This document shows positions 25,759 through 40,575 of a DNA stretch of 64,000 bases, piece by piece; positions within the stretch are counted from its first letter, which is position 1; every line of letters begins with the position of its first letter. The notes beneath the pieces were generated by a model, which did not search any database, had not been told where the DNA came from, and worked only from the letters and a program-made list of their open reading frames with translations. The stretch is taken from assembly GCF_009914755.1 (NCBI RefSeq), contig NC_060926.1, one strand, 5' to 3'. Origin of the DNA: the human T2T-CHM13v2.0 reference genome, Homo sapiens. The position numbers and the translations under genes were made by a program.

Positions 25759-26583
25759 CTGTAAGAAGAAAAAATGTGAGGCGCTTGTTATGCTGATATT
25801 CTTCCAAATAAAAATTATTCCCTGTATTATGTCAAAATGTCATGATAGTCTCTCTGTATATGGAACTAGGCATTTTAATAATTTACATAAATCAAGAATG
25901 TATCCATGCTTGCTATGTGAAATATGCCTATATACACCAGAACAACTTAGATTATTTGTTCACAGAATGGCACAATATAATAAACAATTTGGATGGTGAG
26001 GGTTTAATTACAGTTCCACTTTATAATTGTTACCCAGCTGACATCTCTAGATTAAACTAATTTAGAATAGATTATCAAATTTATGGTATCCCCTGTAGAA
26101 TTTTACATGATTTTGACATTTATGCAGGCATGAGCATTTCAAACTGGTAAAAAACCATGGCTTAACTATTAGTTCAGTGTAGAGACTGAGCTCATAAAAA
26201 TCCATAATTTTTTTTTTTACTAAACACTAATGAACAACACAATCAGTATTGATGTTCCTGAGAGAAACAGTATACCTGATTCCTAAGAATTTAAAACACA
26301 TAACTTAAGGGAGACCTCCTGCCTTTAGCTATAGCCTTCCCATCCTTAACACTTACTGGCAGTCTAGGTCAATATTTGTCATCCTTGTTTTCCAAAAAGC
26401 CATTTATACATTCATAATAAACTCATGTATCTGAGATCCTCTATACCTCTCTCTCAATTGATATTCTTTGATACCTCAGTGATATCCCCAGAGGCCAAGG
26501 CGTTCCACAAGGTAGAAAAATAAACAAGCACAATCTATTTGTGCATTAACTCAAAAGGATTCTGAAAGATTTAAAGTTCCCTG

Positions 26584-26780
26584 GGAACATCACACACCAG
26601 GGCCTGTCGGGGGATGGAGGGAAGGGGAGGTATAGCATTAGGAGAAATACCTAATGTAGATGACAGGTTGATGAGTGCAGCGAACCACCATGGCACGTGT
26701 ATACCTATGTGACAAACCTACACGCTGTGCACATGTATCCCATAACTTAAAGTATAATAAAATAATACAAATAAAAATAA
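26584..26780 (+). mobile_element. 5'-truncated LINE-1 (L1PA-type 3' end, ~200 bp) with ~20-bp TSD
   Basis: L1 3'UTR flanked by aaagatttaaagttccctgg / aaagatttaaagtcccctgg. Confidence 0.92.
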
Positions 26781-26887
26781 AAAGATTTAAAGTCCCCTGG
26801 ACCTTGGTTTGGTTGAATTTTGTGACATGTACTTTGGGGAAACCTGGATATCCTGGTTTCTAATTTTAACAATTCATGATTAATGAG

Positions 26888-27267
<380 letters not shown>

Positions 27268-27306
27268 TTAGGAAAAAAAAAAGAACAGAGGAAATCTCCA
27301 CTAACT

Positions 27307-27620
27307 GGCCAGGCACAGTGACTCACACCTGTAATCCCAGCTGTTTGGGAGTCTGAGGCAAGCGGATCACCTGAGGTCAGGAGTTCCACACCAGCCAGGC
27401 CAACATGGCAAAACCCCATCTCTACTAAAAATACAAAAATTAGCCGGGCATGGTGGTGGTGCCTGTAATCTCAGCTACTCAGGAGGCTGAGACAGGAGAA
27501 TAGCCTGAACCCAGGAGGTGGAGGTTGCAGTGAGCCGAGATCATGCCATTGCACTGCAGGTCCAGCCTGAGAGACAAGAGTGAAATTCTGTCTCAAAATA
27601 AATAAATAAATAAATAAATA
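27307..27620 (+). mobile_element. AluS-like with (AAAT)n tail and TSD
   Basis: TSD aaatctccactaac on both sides. Confidence 0.95.
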
Positions 27621-30600
27621 AATCTCCACTAACAGCTTTATAACCCAATTTTTTCTTTTTTCAAAATCAAGGATAGTCAATGCCCCACCCCCTTAAACCT
27701 AAGTTTTCCAGGAAAAAAAAATTATAGCAAATGCATCGGATCTTTTGCTCTACGAGCAAAATAGTGAATTTTACTTTCTGCTTTGGTAACATCACATTTC
27801 GATAACTCTGCTGCTCCAGTTGTTACCAGGGAAACAGCTACCTGGCTGCCAACAGCCTAAGCTGTGGGCTTTAAACTAATCACCACTGAGAAAGACCCTG
27901 TGACTTTCCCTCTTAACTTTGCCCTCTTTCTCACCTTCTTCTCTCCCTAATGTTTTTCTCCTCCAAGGCCCTGTCACCATTTGTAGTAAAGACTCAACCT
28001 ATGCTTCCGTGGGAATGGAAAATATGGGTCAAAGTAGCATGAAGCAAAGGTCACTATGGAAAGTTTCCCCAATTGCTACACATGCTATCATTGAAAACAA
28101 AACTACAGTTTGGTGTGAAAAAGACCTCAGATATCTTATTCCAGCAATTCTTTGCGTGTACCCTACCCCATTTGAAAAAATTACTGTGTCATGTTTGGCG
28201 ACTATTTCAGAGATATTCACCTGTTCCAATATGATATGTTAGTCCTTTTTATTTCCCTTTCCTACTATTTGTATTTTCAGATTTTTATGCCTATTTGAAT
28301 ATAATTAAGTGGGGAGTTATGGAACCTATATTACTACTTCCCAAGCTGATATTTACCACAGTTTTATGTAGCCTATACAAACATATTTCGTCCCAGTGGT
28401 AATGTATGTAAGTAGGAGACAATGTCAATATATTTCCCAAGGTGGTTTATAAAATATCTAGACCATATCAAGGCCACAAAATAAAGCTGATGTCATGTGT
28501 ATAAACGTGCTTTTCTTCCCTGACAATTGATAGCTTTCTAGAAATCACTTATATATTGAGAATGTTCTTCATTCATAGACTTGTTAAAAGATAATTTGGC
28601 AGGCTTGAACACCAGGACTAAAGGTGTTTAATCACTGTAATTTTGAAATTTTTGATACTCAAGATCAGATTCCAGTCCCAGGAATTTGCAAAAGTTAGAG
28701 ACTCATCATTTTGCTTTTTCCTGAAACAGGGTGAGTTAGGTGCTTCCAAAAGCATTCACTATTTAACATTCTAGCATGAAACTTCAGTGTTAAACTTCAG
28801 GATTTTATGCCACGAGGAAAACAGCTGCTACTCATAAAGAGAAAGACCAGTGAGAGCATATAAGTCATCCATAAATTATCCAGATTCACTGCCAACTTTG
28901 TTGTAATAAACAAGACCAAATTTGCTGATGGAAGGGGGCCCACCGAGAGCGGCTAGATGTGCTTTCTTGGATGCCATTAGTTCCTCCTCAAAGTGACAGA
29001 TGTCAGGTGCCAGCTTTGTAATCAGAGAGTCACTTTTATCAAGCCTCCCAAACCTGCCAGAGCAATTCATCAATATCTGATAACCTGTTGCTCAAAGAAA
29101 ACCCCGCTGCCTAGTAGCCAAAGTCTGCCCAGTTTATAGCAGAGAATAAGAAAGAGATTCTAGAAGAGTTTGGATAAATGTGTTGCCACATTCATGAGAA
29201 GCTTATGCACAGGGGTTGACGTAAATACTGCCAAGAAAAGAAATCAGAAATACTCATATATTTACTTGAGAGCAATGTCTTCATTCAATTCTGCAAGAAT
29301 GTCAAGTACTAACTCATAAGGAATAATAACATTTTCTACCTCAATTTCTATAATTCTATTGACAATAGACATTTATATTATTGTTTTTTTTAGTATGATA
29401 TAAAGGATGTTGTGATCATTACTGGAAACATTTCAAATTCCCACTGGTGGGGTGGATTAATGTATGTCAGGAAAGCACAAAAAAATTGTTTAATGTGAAG
29501 TACTAGGAGACTAAAAAAATCTTTGTTTAATTCTTGGTAACACCTCTGCGGCCCACATATATTTTAGGCTACCTGTCTGAACTGAGAGAATGACTCCAAA
29601 ATTCTGTCTCCAACAAAATATAAGCACTGAAAGTCCCATACATGACTTACATTAGATCAAACAGATGAATCGAACTCATAAACCATGAAAATAATGAGAA
29701 AAAATATACTCTTCTGTATATGTTATAAAATCAGATTTTTATAGCTTCAGTATTTTAATTTTTAAAAGCAAAGTGCAGAACAAAACCCAATCGAAAGGCA
29801 TTTTTTAAGTACTTTTTTTATACTATGGGCTTACTTTAATAAACTTATTAGATTTGTGCTAATTTATTTAACAAGGGAAAGGGATTCATGGAATCATACC
29901 ATAACAAAGTCAAAGATAAGTGGCTTCATTGAGATAGCAATTAACTTGGTTTTCTTGCCAGGACTGAGAATAATTACAGAACGAAAAGGGGAGAATATTG
30001 ATTTTACTTACCTTTTTGGTTTAATTTGAATGAGAAAGAAGTAGGACTTGGGCAGCTTTAGACTTTATCAGAATATGAAAAGATAGTATTAAAAAGTGAC
30101 TTTGAGTTTCTGGTAACTTAAGAGATTATCTATCATCATCTGCAAATGTCCTTAGAAGTCTGTGTTACTAAAGTAAGATTCTAAGGGTAAAGGTAGCTAT
30201 GATCTGGAAGAGGATTGGTTGGAAGTCAAAATACTTCCGTTCTACTGCCAGATCTACCATTAACTAGCTCCAAGGTCTTCAGCAACTCACTTCTCACTTT
30301 CTGAGCTGAACCTTACATCTTTAAAAAGGAGGAGTTTAGATGAGAACTGTGGGCAGTGGAGCGAGGCTGAGCAGGAGGCACTAGGGACATCCCACTCCTT
30401 CCACGCTCACCTCCATCAATTCATTTCATAAACACACTGTATTTCTTTGAATTTAGAACACATTGAGGATGTGCCACTATTTTACATGCCACCAAGAAAG
30501 AAAGATTACTGCCAAATAAATCGTGACACCCTATCAAATGTATCCCAATTTCCAAGGCTTTAAAAAGGGGGGAAAATCAATGTCTTAGAATTGATAAAAT

Positions 30601-32421
30601 ATGAATAATTGAGCTCCTCTGTTCTGGCAGAGAGAGAGAGAGCTACATTCTGGAAATAAATGTTGAATGAAGTCTAGATGATCAGACTCAAAGGGTTTAA
30701 GAGACTGAGCCCGAGTGTATATGGCTGGTAGAATTGGAATACAAAACCTGATATTCTGATTACAAGTTCAGTGATCTTCCACCATGTGACTTTGACCCCA
30801 AGACAAAGGTGGTTAAATTTCAAAGGTAGACGCAGGCCAAATGGAGACACAGAGCTACCAAACAGAAACTGGTTCATAGCTAAAAACAAGTCTTTTGCAT
30901 TTTCAGTTGAGAAATGACTTTTCGTTATGCTTTGATAATTTTTGGTGACATACATAGATGCATTCAGAGAGCATCATCTTCAAACATGAAATAATACAAT
31001 GTGTGTGTATTATATACACACAGTTTTATTATATGCATATACATTTGTATATATACTGTATGCATACATGCTTCTATTTACTGTTTCTATCACAAGTAAT
31101 ATTTTAAAGGTAGGTATTAATTTTGAAGTAGAAATGGACTCTGTTTCTGTCACAGTTTCTATCTCAAAGATTTTCTTTACTCTGTGATGATTTGCTTCTG
31201 AATACTGGGAACCTGAAAGATAACTAGAAGGGAGGGGCTTGCAATCATAATTACGGTTGAAGGCATGGATTCAAGTTTCTAAATTGGAATTAGAAAACCA
31301 TTGCATACAGTCCTGAAAACAACAGGACTCAAACTAGTTGATGAGAAGTTTACCAAATTATAACTGAAATATAAAAATGCAGCTGTGTGGATCAACCAAA
31401 ATTCAAACAGAAGAGGTAAAAAATATAAGTTCAAATACGGGGACAACCCTGAAAGCCTGATGCTGAACTAACAGAAATATGTAGCAGCAACTTGTATCTT
31501 ATAGGGAGAAATGATCAATTGTCTAAAAGCATTGGCAAGGTAAGTCTGAAAAGGACAAGTGTATGAACGGGTTCCTCTAACCTCATTATTTCAGAATTCA
31601 GCCAGGCCTTGCAATAATTATTGTGCCCCAGTTTTGAAATGTTTCACCTTTGTTTCCACTCCATGAGTGAGTATAAGAAGGGACTCATTATGGGATAAGT
31701 AGATAAAATAATTTCTACTCAAATACAATCTAAAAATCACATAATGCTTTATCATAAATTCTAAAAAGAAGTAAGATATTTTGGATTTGGGGTTAATGAT
31801 GAAGAACGTGCCCAGAAAGAGGTCATGCATCACACTCCTGGTTCTGTCTTCCATTGTGATATGGTTACTAACCCAATCAGTAGCATAACATGAAATTCTT
31901 AGTTTCTATAAGTCAGGAGTCAGTGGGAAATGGAGAAGGTAATTGAAGGAGACAAGGTATACTGGAAAGAGAATTTTCTTTGTGAGAGCCGAAATATGCC
32001 ATATGTCTATGTCTATGTTTATAGCTCTATCTATATCTACATTTGGGTTATTTTAGTTACCATGCCAACAATCTCTCTGCCTGAACAGTTGTTATTGTTG
32101 TTATTTAAACTTCCTCTGTTAGATCCTAAGTCCTATAGGTAATTTCTTGGGCAAAAAATTACTCCAGGAATTATCATTGTACTCATATTTTATTCAGATG
32201 TTGTTTTTCAAAAGCACTTATTAAGTGACTTTTATGTCACTTTTTGAGAAAATAAAATATTGCCTTATCAGCTGCTTTTGTGATTTGTAAAAGGTTTTTC
32301 TTTCTGTTTAATTCACAAGGGATAAGTTAGGCTTTCTGAAGTTTATAAAGGCATGATGAAAATCATAGTAATTGTTCTATGAACAAGACTTATTCATAAC
32401 AAGAAGTGATTTTCAACATAC

Positions 32422-32536
32422 CTCATGAAGCCGGAGGTCTTTCTCATAGACAAGCTTTTTTACAAAGGCAGCTATAAATACAACCCAGGCAACCATAAGC
32501 ACAATTGGAAGAGAATAAGAGACACTGGTTAGGAAG
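32422..32536 (-). CDS. ABCA12: ABCA12 exon 23 (115 bp): (N)FLTSVSYSLPIVLMVAW...EKDLRLHE
   Basis: acag|CTTCCT ... TGAG|gtatgt; phase 2-0. Confidence 0.96.
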
Positions 32537-33001
32537 CTGTAAAACAAACAAAAAAAGAAAAATTCAGCGACCAAAATGAACACCATACTTGCAGAGATTA
32601 TAATATATAAAGAACTCACTCTCTCTTACATTGAAGTTATGATCGTGTTTTGAAATTGAAAATAATCGGTATTACCCCATTATTTACGAAGCATGAAGCT
32701 GATTTAACCATAGATCTGTGATTTTTTTAGTGTAATGTTTCAAGAGTAAGAAAAAAAAAGCTCTGGATTATTAGATAAAATTGCCATATTGTTTAAATTG
32801 TGTTTGAGTATGTGTCTGGGAAAATAATTACTATATAGATATAATTGCAAGGCTCAAAACCTTTATGTCTAAACTAAATTCTTATCTAAAAGGCAGATTT
32901 AAAATGAGACGATGATTGGTTTACCTAACTAAAAGCTATATCTTCCAAAATTACTGTATTTATAGCTACTCTTAGGAAGATCATAGTTATTATGAAACTA
33001 A

Positions 33002-33262
<261 letters not shown>

Positions 33263-33369
33263 TAGAAATGTCTATTTTGATGATGTGCTCAACTAGAGAA
33301 TCACTGGAAGACATCCTCAAGCCCAGATGTATTCCTCAATGTCCTGCTCATGAAACCTGAAAGTTAAAT

Positions 33370-33535
33370 TGGAGTGGTTCTCAAAGCACCCAAAGAGATT
33401 ACTAAAACACAAGTTTCTGGGCCCCAGCCTCTGATTTATTATATCTGGGTGGGACCATCTATTTGCTTTTTAAACAACTTCCCAGGTGATACTGATGCTG
33501 CTGGTCCAGAGACCACACCTTAGGAGCCATGGTTC
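33370..33535. mobile_element. MER5-type relic
   Basis: gtggttctcaaag...cccaggtgatactgatgctgctggtccagagaccacac. Confidence 0.65.
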
Positions 33536-35430
33536 TGACAATTGATGCCCTTATTTGAGCTGAGGCAAAAGCAGTAGATGTCGATGAGAGATTCTAAGTT
33601 GCTCTGTTTATGTGTTGGGCTCCACTCAAGCTTTCACTTGGAGAAAGGTCCCAAGGCCATTTCCTTTTTTAATCTACAAGACTAAAAAATTACCTCCAAG
33701 TACCCCAAGAAAAATGTAAATATTAATGAAGCATGAGATCACTATCATTCAGTATCACTTTAGCATGCAGAAGTGTGTCATTATCAGAGAGATGAGGTGT
33801 TTTTTTGGTGAGGGAGCAGTGGGAGTTGAGGCCATATTCCATTTTTTTTGTTGTTGTTTCCTGGGAAACTGTATGGCATGGGGTAGGCATTTACAGACTA
33901 CTTCTTGAATGAATTTTGTTTTGGTTCAGGTACAGCCTTGAAGTGATTTCTGGATCTAGAACTAGGCAAAGGCCTTCATTCATTAACAACAAATCCCCTG
34001 TAATGTTTCTTCCAAGTGATAGTGTATTTTAGATTTGGTCTAGTATAAAGCAGAAATGTTGGTCTTATAAACAGGAGGACTAGTGTAGTACCAGTTATAT
34101 TATCTTGGGCAAGTTAATTAGCCTTTCTGGATTTCAGTTTTTTCATCTGGAAAGTATGGACAATAATTCCTGCTCCTACTTACATTATGAGGTTGTTGGG
34201 TGAAACAAATGAAATAATTAATGGGAAATCACTTTATATGCAACAGTGTATATGTGTGTAAGGCATAATGAACATATTCCCATAAAGAATACAGACTGCA
34301 CACCCAGGTACCCACCATCCTAGGTACCAAAATTTATAAGGGGAACAAATGAGCAGGGAACTAGATAAGAATTATAACTTCATTGACCCCATAGATCTTT
34401 ATAATTTGTGCAAACCATTGCAGTTCACACATAGTTCAGGCAGCACAGTCCTGTCCACAACAGCCTCCACAATAGCCAGCTAACCTTGACAGTCCACTTG
34501 ATGGACTCCTTACCTGCTTCCTCATGCTACTGTTGCACTGGGTTACATTATCTCATCTCATTTATAACTCTTGAAGTAGCCAAGGGAGACAGAAGCATTG
34601 AAAGAAAGAAAAAAGAAGAGAAAAGAAAAATCCAATACCATCTGAATTGTATATAAACTGCAATAACTGGGTTGCGTAGCATGTTCAATTCCTTTAAAGT
34701 AATATTCAGCCTCAAGCTTTTATATAGGAAGGTGAGCTTGAAAACCATAATCTGCTTATTTTTTAACCATCTACAGAGTGAAGGAAGCATTCAGTGCTAC
34801 CCAACTGGCAGATTTCTCGAACATTCAAATTGAATTGTCTAAAAGCATTATTGTTACTTTTTTATTCATCTAGAAAAACCATTTTAGATATAGAGGATTC
34901 CTAGCAAATGAACTGATAATACATGAAAGTTTCAGGTAGCACAATATTTATCTGAAATAGTTGATCAAAATGTGTTCAAGGTTTCTTTTATCAATTTGTT
35001 TTCTTAAAATTGATCATGCGCTCAGATTTTTTAAAATCCGATTTGGGAGTTGGAAGGGATTTTAAGATCGTCTTGTTCATCCCTTTCATTTGACTAGAGG
35101 GAGGTAAGCCCAGTAGACAGTGGGGAACATCAAAATCATGCAGCAATGTACTCAGGTCTGAAGTCCAATTATTCCAATTTTAGGGCCAGAATTTTTGGAG
35201 AGCTAAGGGTTTTTATAGATCATTTGGTAAACACTTTACCATCATTTTGGTATTGATGAGCAGTTATGATGAAGCTATGCCCTATAGTGTGAACTCTTTC
35301 TCAAAACAAGCATATTACAAAAGTTTGGTGAATGTTGTTCCTTTCATGTAATACATCTGAATGAATGGACTGAAGTGAGTTCTCAGAAAAGTTGTTGATC
35401 ATTAAAAAGGCTGGAAGTGCACACACTTAC

Positions 35431-35746
35431 TTGTCTTTCATGAAGCAGGGATAAGGAATTGCTTGAACCTGGACTGCTATTTCCTGGGAGTTCCTTCCAG
35501 TTTGCAATTCAATGATTGCTCTTTCAATACTATCCTGTAAATAAATAAAAGCCCTGCCATAGATCTGGTTGTGTGACGGAGAATTGTGTGGCCCTGGAGC
35601 CCAAATCTTGGTTCTTAGGCTTCTTGTGGTCTGTGCGGTCTTGAGACTCATCCGGATGGTATATTTTATGACAGGAGGAAGAAAGACATTTCCAGAGTCA
35701 TAGCCTCTGTGCCAGCTTCTGTTAGAAGGAAGCTTAAAAATAACAC
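35431..35746 (-). CDS. ABCA12: ABCA12 exon 22 (316 bp): (S)VIFKLPSNRSWH...FIYLQDSIERAII...IPYPCFMKD(N)
   Basis: ttag|GTGTTA ... ACAA|gtaagt; phase 1-2; YLQD and PYPC motifs. Confidence 0.97.
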
Positions 35747-36283
35747 CTAAAAATAAAATGGCAACAACAGCAGAAAGGTTATTTTATGGTTGACGTTATT
35801 CATTGTTTGGAGAGTACACAGAGGGGACAGCCAAACAGTCAATTGAGTTAATAATGTGACAGTAGGTTCAGGTTCTTAATTTACAGAAAACATGGTTAAT
35901 TGGAGGTGTCAACCTCAGAAATTCAAAGCTGGAGTTTAAGAATATAATCACCAACTAAGTAGACAGATTAAATGCACCATTCTAAGCCACTTATTAATAT
36001 AAAAACACTTTTAGATAAATAATGACTGATTATGAGGATGGACTCAACTTCACTCTGTAACTATGTAATCCTTTTCAATCTTAATTTGAAGTACACCAAC
36101 AAAATTAGACATACTTAGAGATTATAGTTGGTTGCCTACATGAAAGGTTCTCTTTTCTAAGGACATCAGAGGACCTAAGGACCCCCACACTAGTTTTCTG
36201 AGTTCTGGATGAAAGACATGAGGAAAGAATTTGGCCAATTTTAGCACAAAGAGATGCTCAAACCCTAATAGAACAGCACTTAC

Positions 36284-36463
36284 TTCCAAAGAGTTCGTTG
36301 CTTTTGTAGAGCCTTTTAGCCTCTCTCTCCATTTCATCTATGGTTTTTGCTGCCTGAATACGGTCATATAATACACAAGAGGAAATATTTACTGTCAGGG
36401 AAGATAGTGTGTTAAGCTGATCGATGATGTCAATGTTGTTCTCTAATTTCAGTCTTAGAATAT
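36284..36463 (-). CDS. ABCA12: ABCA12 exon 21 (180 bp): (D)ILRLKLENNIDIIDQL...SNELFG(S)
   Basis: ttag|ATATTC ... GGAA|gtaagt; phase 1-1. Confidence 0.94.
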
Positions 36464-38350
36464 CTAAAGAGGCAAAGCAAAAGAGACAAAAAAAAATTAT
36501 GGTCCTGATTCTGGTCGTAATTAGATGAAATACTGATTTTTTGTAAATACTAAACTAGATTATAAATAACAAAAGGCTGCAGAATTTACTCTAAAAATAT
36601 GTAGTATTCTACACCAAAGAAAATGGGTCGTTATGCAAATATTCATTGAGGAGCCAAGCTAGTTACAAATACAGTAAACCTAGGTTCTAAGAAAGATACA
36701 AGATAACTTAAAAGTATATTTTGTTACAATTTAATAACAAAGAACTAAGATGAATAAATTTTTAAAAATCTATCTACATGTAGTTAGGACAAAAACTATA
36801 AACCAGAGATGTGAGTTTAGAATAAACTAAACAGAAATGCCTGCTTTGTACACGGAATGTGAATGCACAAACTGAAACAAAGGAAAGTCTATGTAGAATG
36901 CATAGGATAAATAAACTGTATTATTACATAAGCTGTGATATAGAAACACTTAAGATACCTGAAAATATATGCCACATAGTTGTGAGTTTCTAATACTGTT
37001 TGACTTAAAATCTTATGTGTATATCTTAAAATTAATACTTTTGATATCTGTATTAATCTGACAAAATGATCAGGATTTTATTTTGGGTAATTACTCTGGA
37101 ATAAAGGGGACTTAATTTCTCTTCAATTTTATGATTCTTTGTGAGGAAATCAACCGGGACAAAGGGTAAATATGAAATTGCAAGTTAACAAATCATTTGG
37201 CCAATTACATTTTTACTGACTTGATCATCATGAATGCTGAGAAGGCTGCGAATATCATAAATCCCTCCTTCACAGAACCCAGACATGTCTCTTACATCGT
37301 CCAAAATAGGACTAAATTTCTCACAGAAGACAACTTCTTAAATGCATTTCTCATTAGAATTTAAAGTGAAATGTTTTACTTGATGTAGATGTTGGTGGGG
37401 GAGGGGTAAATTGTGGTTGAACAGTGGCCTCCAGCGGCCACTGGAAATCAACACAACACCAAGGAATTATTTAGAAATTCTGGTAGACAGGATCATAAAA
37501 ACACTTCAAGGGGTCAGAGTCCCCCGAATTCAAACTATATAACCTCTTCAATACTAAGTTACATGTGTAATTATACAAACATAAGAGTCTCAGTGCTACG
37601 TTCATTTTAATCTTATTTTAAATTCTTAGCCTCACTTCCTAGTTCAGAAGTTAGAAATGACAAAATTTATCTAAGAACTTTGCAGTTTAGCCCTGATGTG
37701 TTAATCAAATAGTTCCTTGCCCAAATGATACTTTTAGAGAGTAAATCCACTAGTACCTTTATTTAATCAAGCTGGGTTGACTATCATAATATGTGTACAA
37801 TCATATACAATACAAATATAGGCATAATTCTTCCCCAGTGGTTTAGAACCTAAATCATTTACGTCCCAGCAGTGCCAGGGAGGGGGAGGGGCGTTTGCTC
37901 TGCTACTGCCAAATTCTGATGCTCTCAATCCGTTTCTCATACCCATGGTTGCATAGCAACAGTGAATCAGACACAGCCTGAATTAGATGTCTTGCATCCC
38001 TTAGGTTGAAGGTGGGGACATGGCAGAGGGAATGCATAAGTTTAGACAGCTTCCTTTGATCTTCTGCAGCCTCTTCCTTTTAAACGACCATGTGAGGAGG
38101 ACCCAACCTTGAATACTGATTTCAGTGTATTTTCTTTTGAGTCTCCCCATTGCGTTTTTCTTGCTTTTGCTAACTCTATATCTCTTCTAATTACATTCTG
38201 GGTTAGTCAAGTGATACTGAGGCCAGTGGAGATAAAAATGTTAAATGTAGCCAGAAATAAATAATTTCATTTTCCCTTGTCCTTAAGGACTTGCATTTCA
38301 TCAAGTCACTAAAATAAAGTGCTCCCTTACTTCTAACAACCTACCTATGA

Positions 38351-38692
<342 letters not shown>

Positions 38693-38933
38693 TACATTAT
38701 AATTATTGAAACTAACTACAGACACTGGGCATCCAAATAATCATGACTACTTGTAATTGTACAACTAACTGGGAAGAAGATAGGGGGGATATATCCAGGG
38801 TCTCATTTTTCTTTGAGTAGCTAGCTACAAACTAAGTACAGGAGAAAAGGGGGGAAAATGTAATCATATGGAACAATGTTGTTTATATGTCCGACATGAC
38901 TCATGAATAAAAGCTTTGTGAATTTGGACTCAC

Positions 38934-39024
38934 CGAGTTCATCTATCTGTTTCAATAGTTCAACAGCATCGAGTCCCACGGAGAACTTTACAAAAACTTG
39001 CACAAAAGGGTTCCTTAGAGTATT
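38934..39024 (-). CDS. ABCA12: ABCA12 exon 20 (91 bp): NTLRNPFVQVFVKFSVGLDAVELLKQIDEL(D)
   Basis: ttag|AATACT ... CTCG|gtgagt; phase 0-1. Confidence 0.95.
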
Positions 39025-40452
39025 CTAACAAATAATAATTAAAAATCAGTTTCAATACAAGAAAAATCATGTTTGACATTGTCTCTCTAATAACCACCAC
39101 AGTGAAGTGCAGTAACCACAACTGGGCATTATCAATGCACTGTCTTGCAAAGGCTCACAGAGAAATCCTTGAGAAGAAAAGAGAAGATTGGGGGTTGGTA
39201 ATGACTTGACAGGCTGGGCTGTTGCTTGTCTATAGATACAAATTGGTCAGCATGCACAGTGGCCAGATGTGACTACAATTATCAACATTAGAAATTTATA
39301 TTCGATTTAACAGGATTTTTCCTCATGGCTATATTATTCCTTTTTAATGTATACTATACACAATGTTGTGATTCATGGTTGAACTTTGTTCACTTGAAAC
39401 AAAACTCTTAAAAATCATGATGTCTCCGTGGAATCTGACATCACAACTGATTTGTATTCAAGTTCTACTACTTCCTAGCCTGAAGCTTTTAGCAAGTACC
39501 GTTTCCAGTCTCAGGTAACCTTTTGGTGAAGTAGGTAAGAATGCCTCATCACATCAGAATAGTCCATTTCAATTATTATAATATTATTTTTGTACTGTCG
39601 TAAGTGCAACTATGTAAATATGAAAGAATAAATTGATGATAAAACTTTAAACTCTATCAATGGAAAGGCTGAAAAATTAAAAGAAAAACATAATTGCTTT
39701 AAAATATAAAGGCCTTTATAGCTATTTGCCAAATTAGAAGACATAACTTCTATCACTCTAGGAGTACTATTACCTAATATTTGTTGAGCTTTTATAATAC
39801 CATGTGCTGGGCACCGTCTTATAGAGTTTAACTTGACTTTCTCACTTTGTTTACAACAACACTTTGAGGTAAGGGCTATTATTACCTCTAAGTAATAGAT
39901 GACAAAGCTATGGCTAAAGAAGCTATGTAAATTCTCCTAAGGACACACAATTAATAAGGGCTAAGGGAAAAAATGAAGGAGAGAATTCAACTCAATTAAA
40001 GAAATGTTTTTTCATCACATGTGTAAATTCATGGCCTGGTTTTTATGTAAGTGAGGCTTGATTGTCCTTTTAGAGCCCCATTTGGTACAACATAGTCTCA
40101 TGTCCTTCTTACCAGTGTCTTTTGTTTTATTGTCATGGGGATGAATGACTAAGAAAAACATATTAGTCGAGCACATATATAATAGAATTAGTTTGCTAAA
40201 TCCATAGCTGCTGAGGGTTCTAAAAGCAGCTGGTGGCATGCAGACTGATGGCTAGCTATCATGCAGCTACATGCTGTGATAACAGTCCTTTAAGATCGGT
40301 TTATCAGGAATTAGCTTCTGCATCTTGGAAAATCTGTATCAGAGCATCACTAACAAATAAAGTACTGTGTTAGTTGCAATCTGGAGACAATCCATTAAAC
40401 CCTATTTCAATTCTCCCATCACTCCTTTTACAATCAATCATATGACATCTAA

Positions 40453-40575
40453 TAATAGGTACAATGTATATTATTTGGGTGATGGATATGCTAAAAACCC
40501 TGATTTGATCAATACTAATCCATGCATGTAGCAAAATTGCGTTTGTATCACATAAATGTATACAAAATTTAAAAA
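40453..40575 (+). mobile_element. Short L1 3' end fragment
   Basis: ggtacaatgtatattatttgggtgatggatatgctaaaaaccctga...catgtagcaaaattgc. Confidence 0.65.

Noticed and set aside
25420-25999. Plus-strand ORFs of 89 and 127 aa
   Set aside because: Antisense shadows of exon 24 with no independent support.
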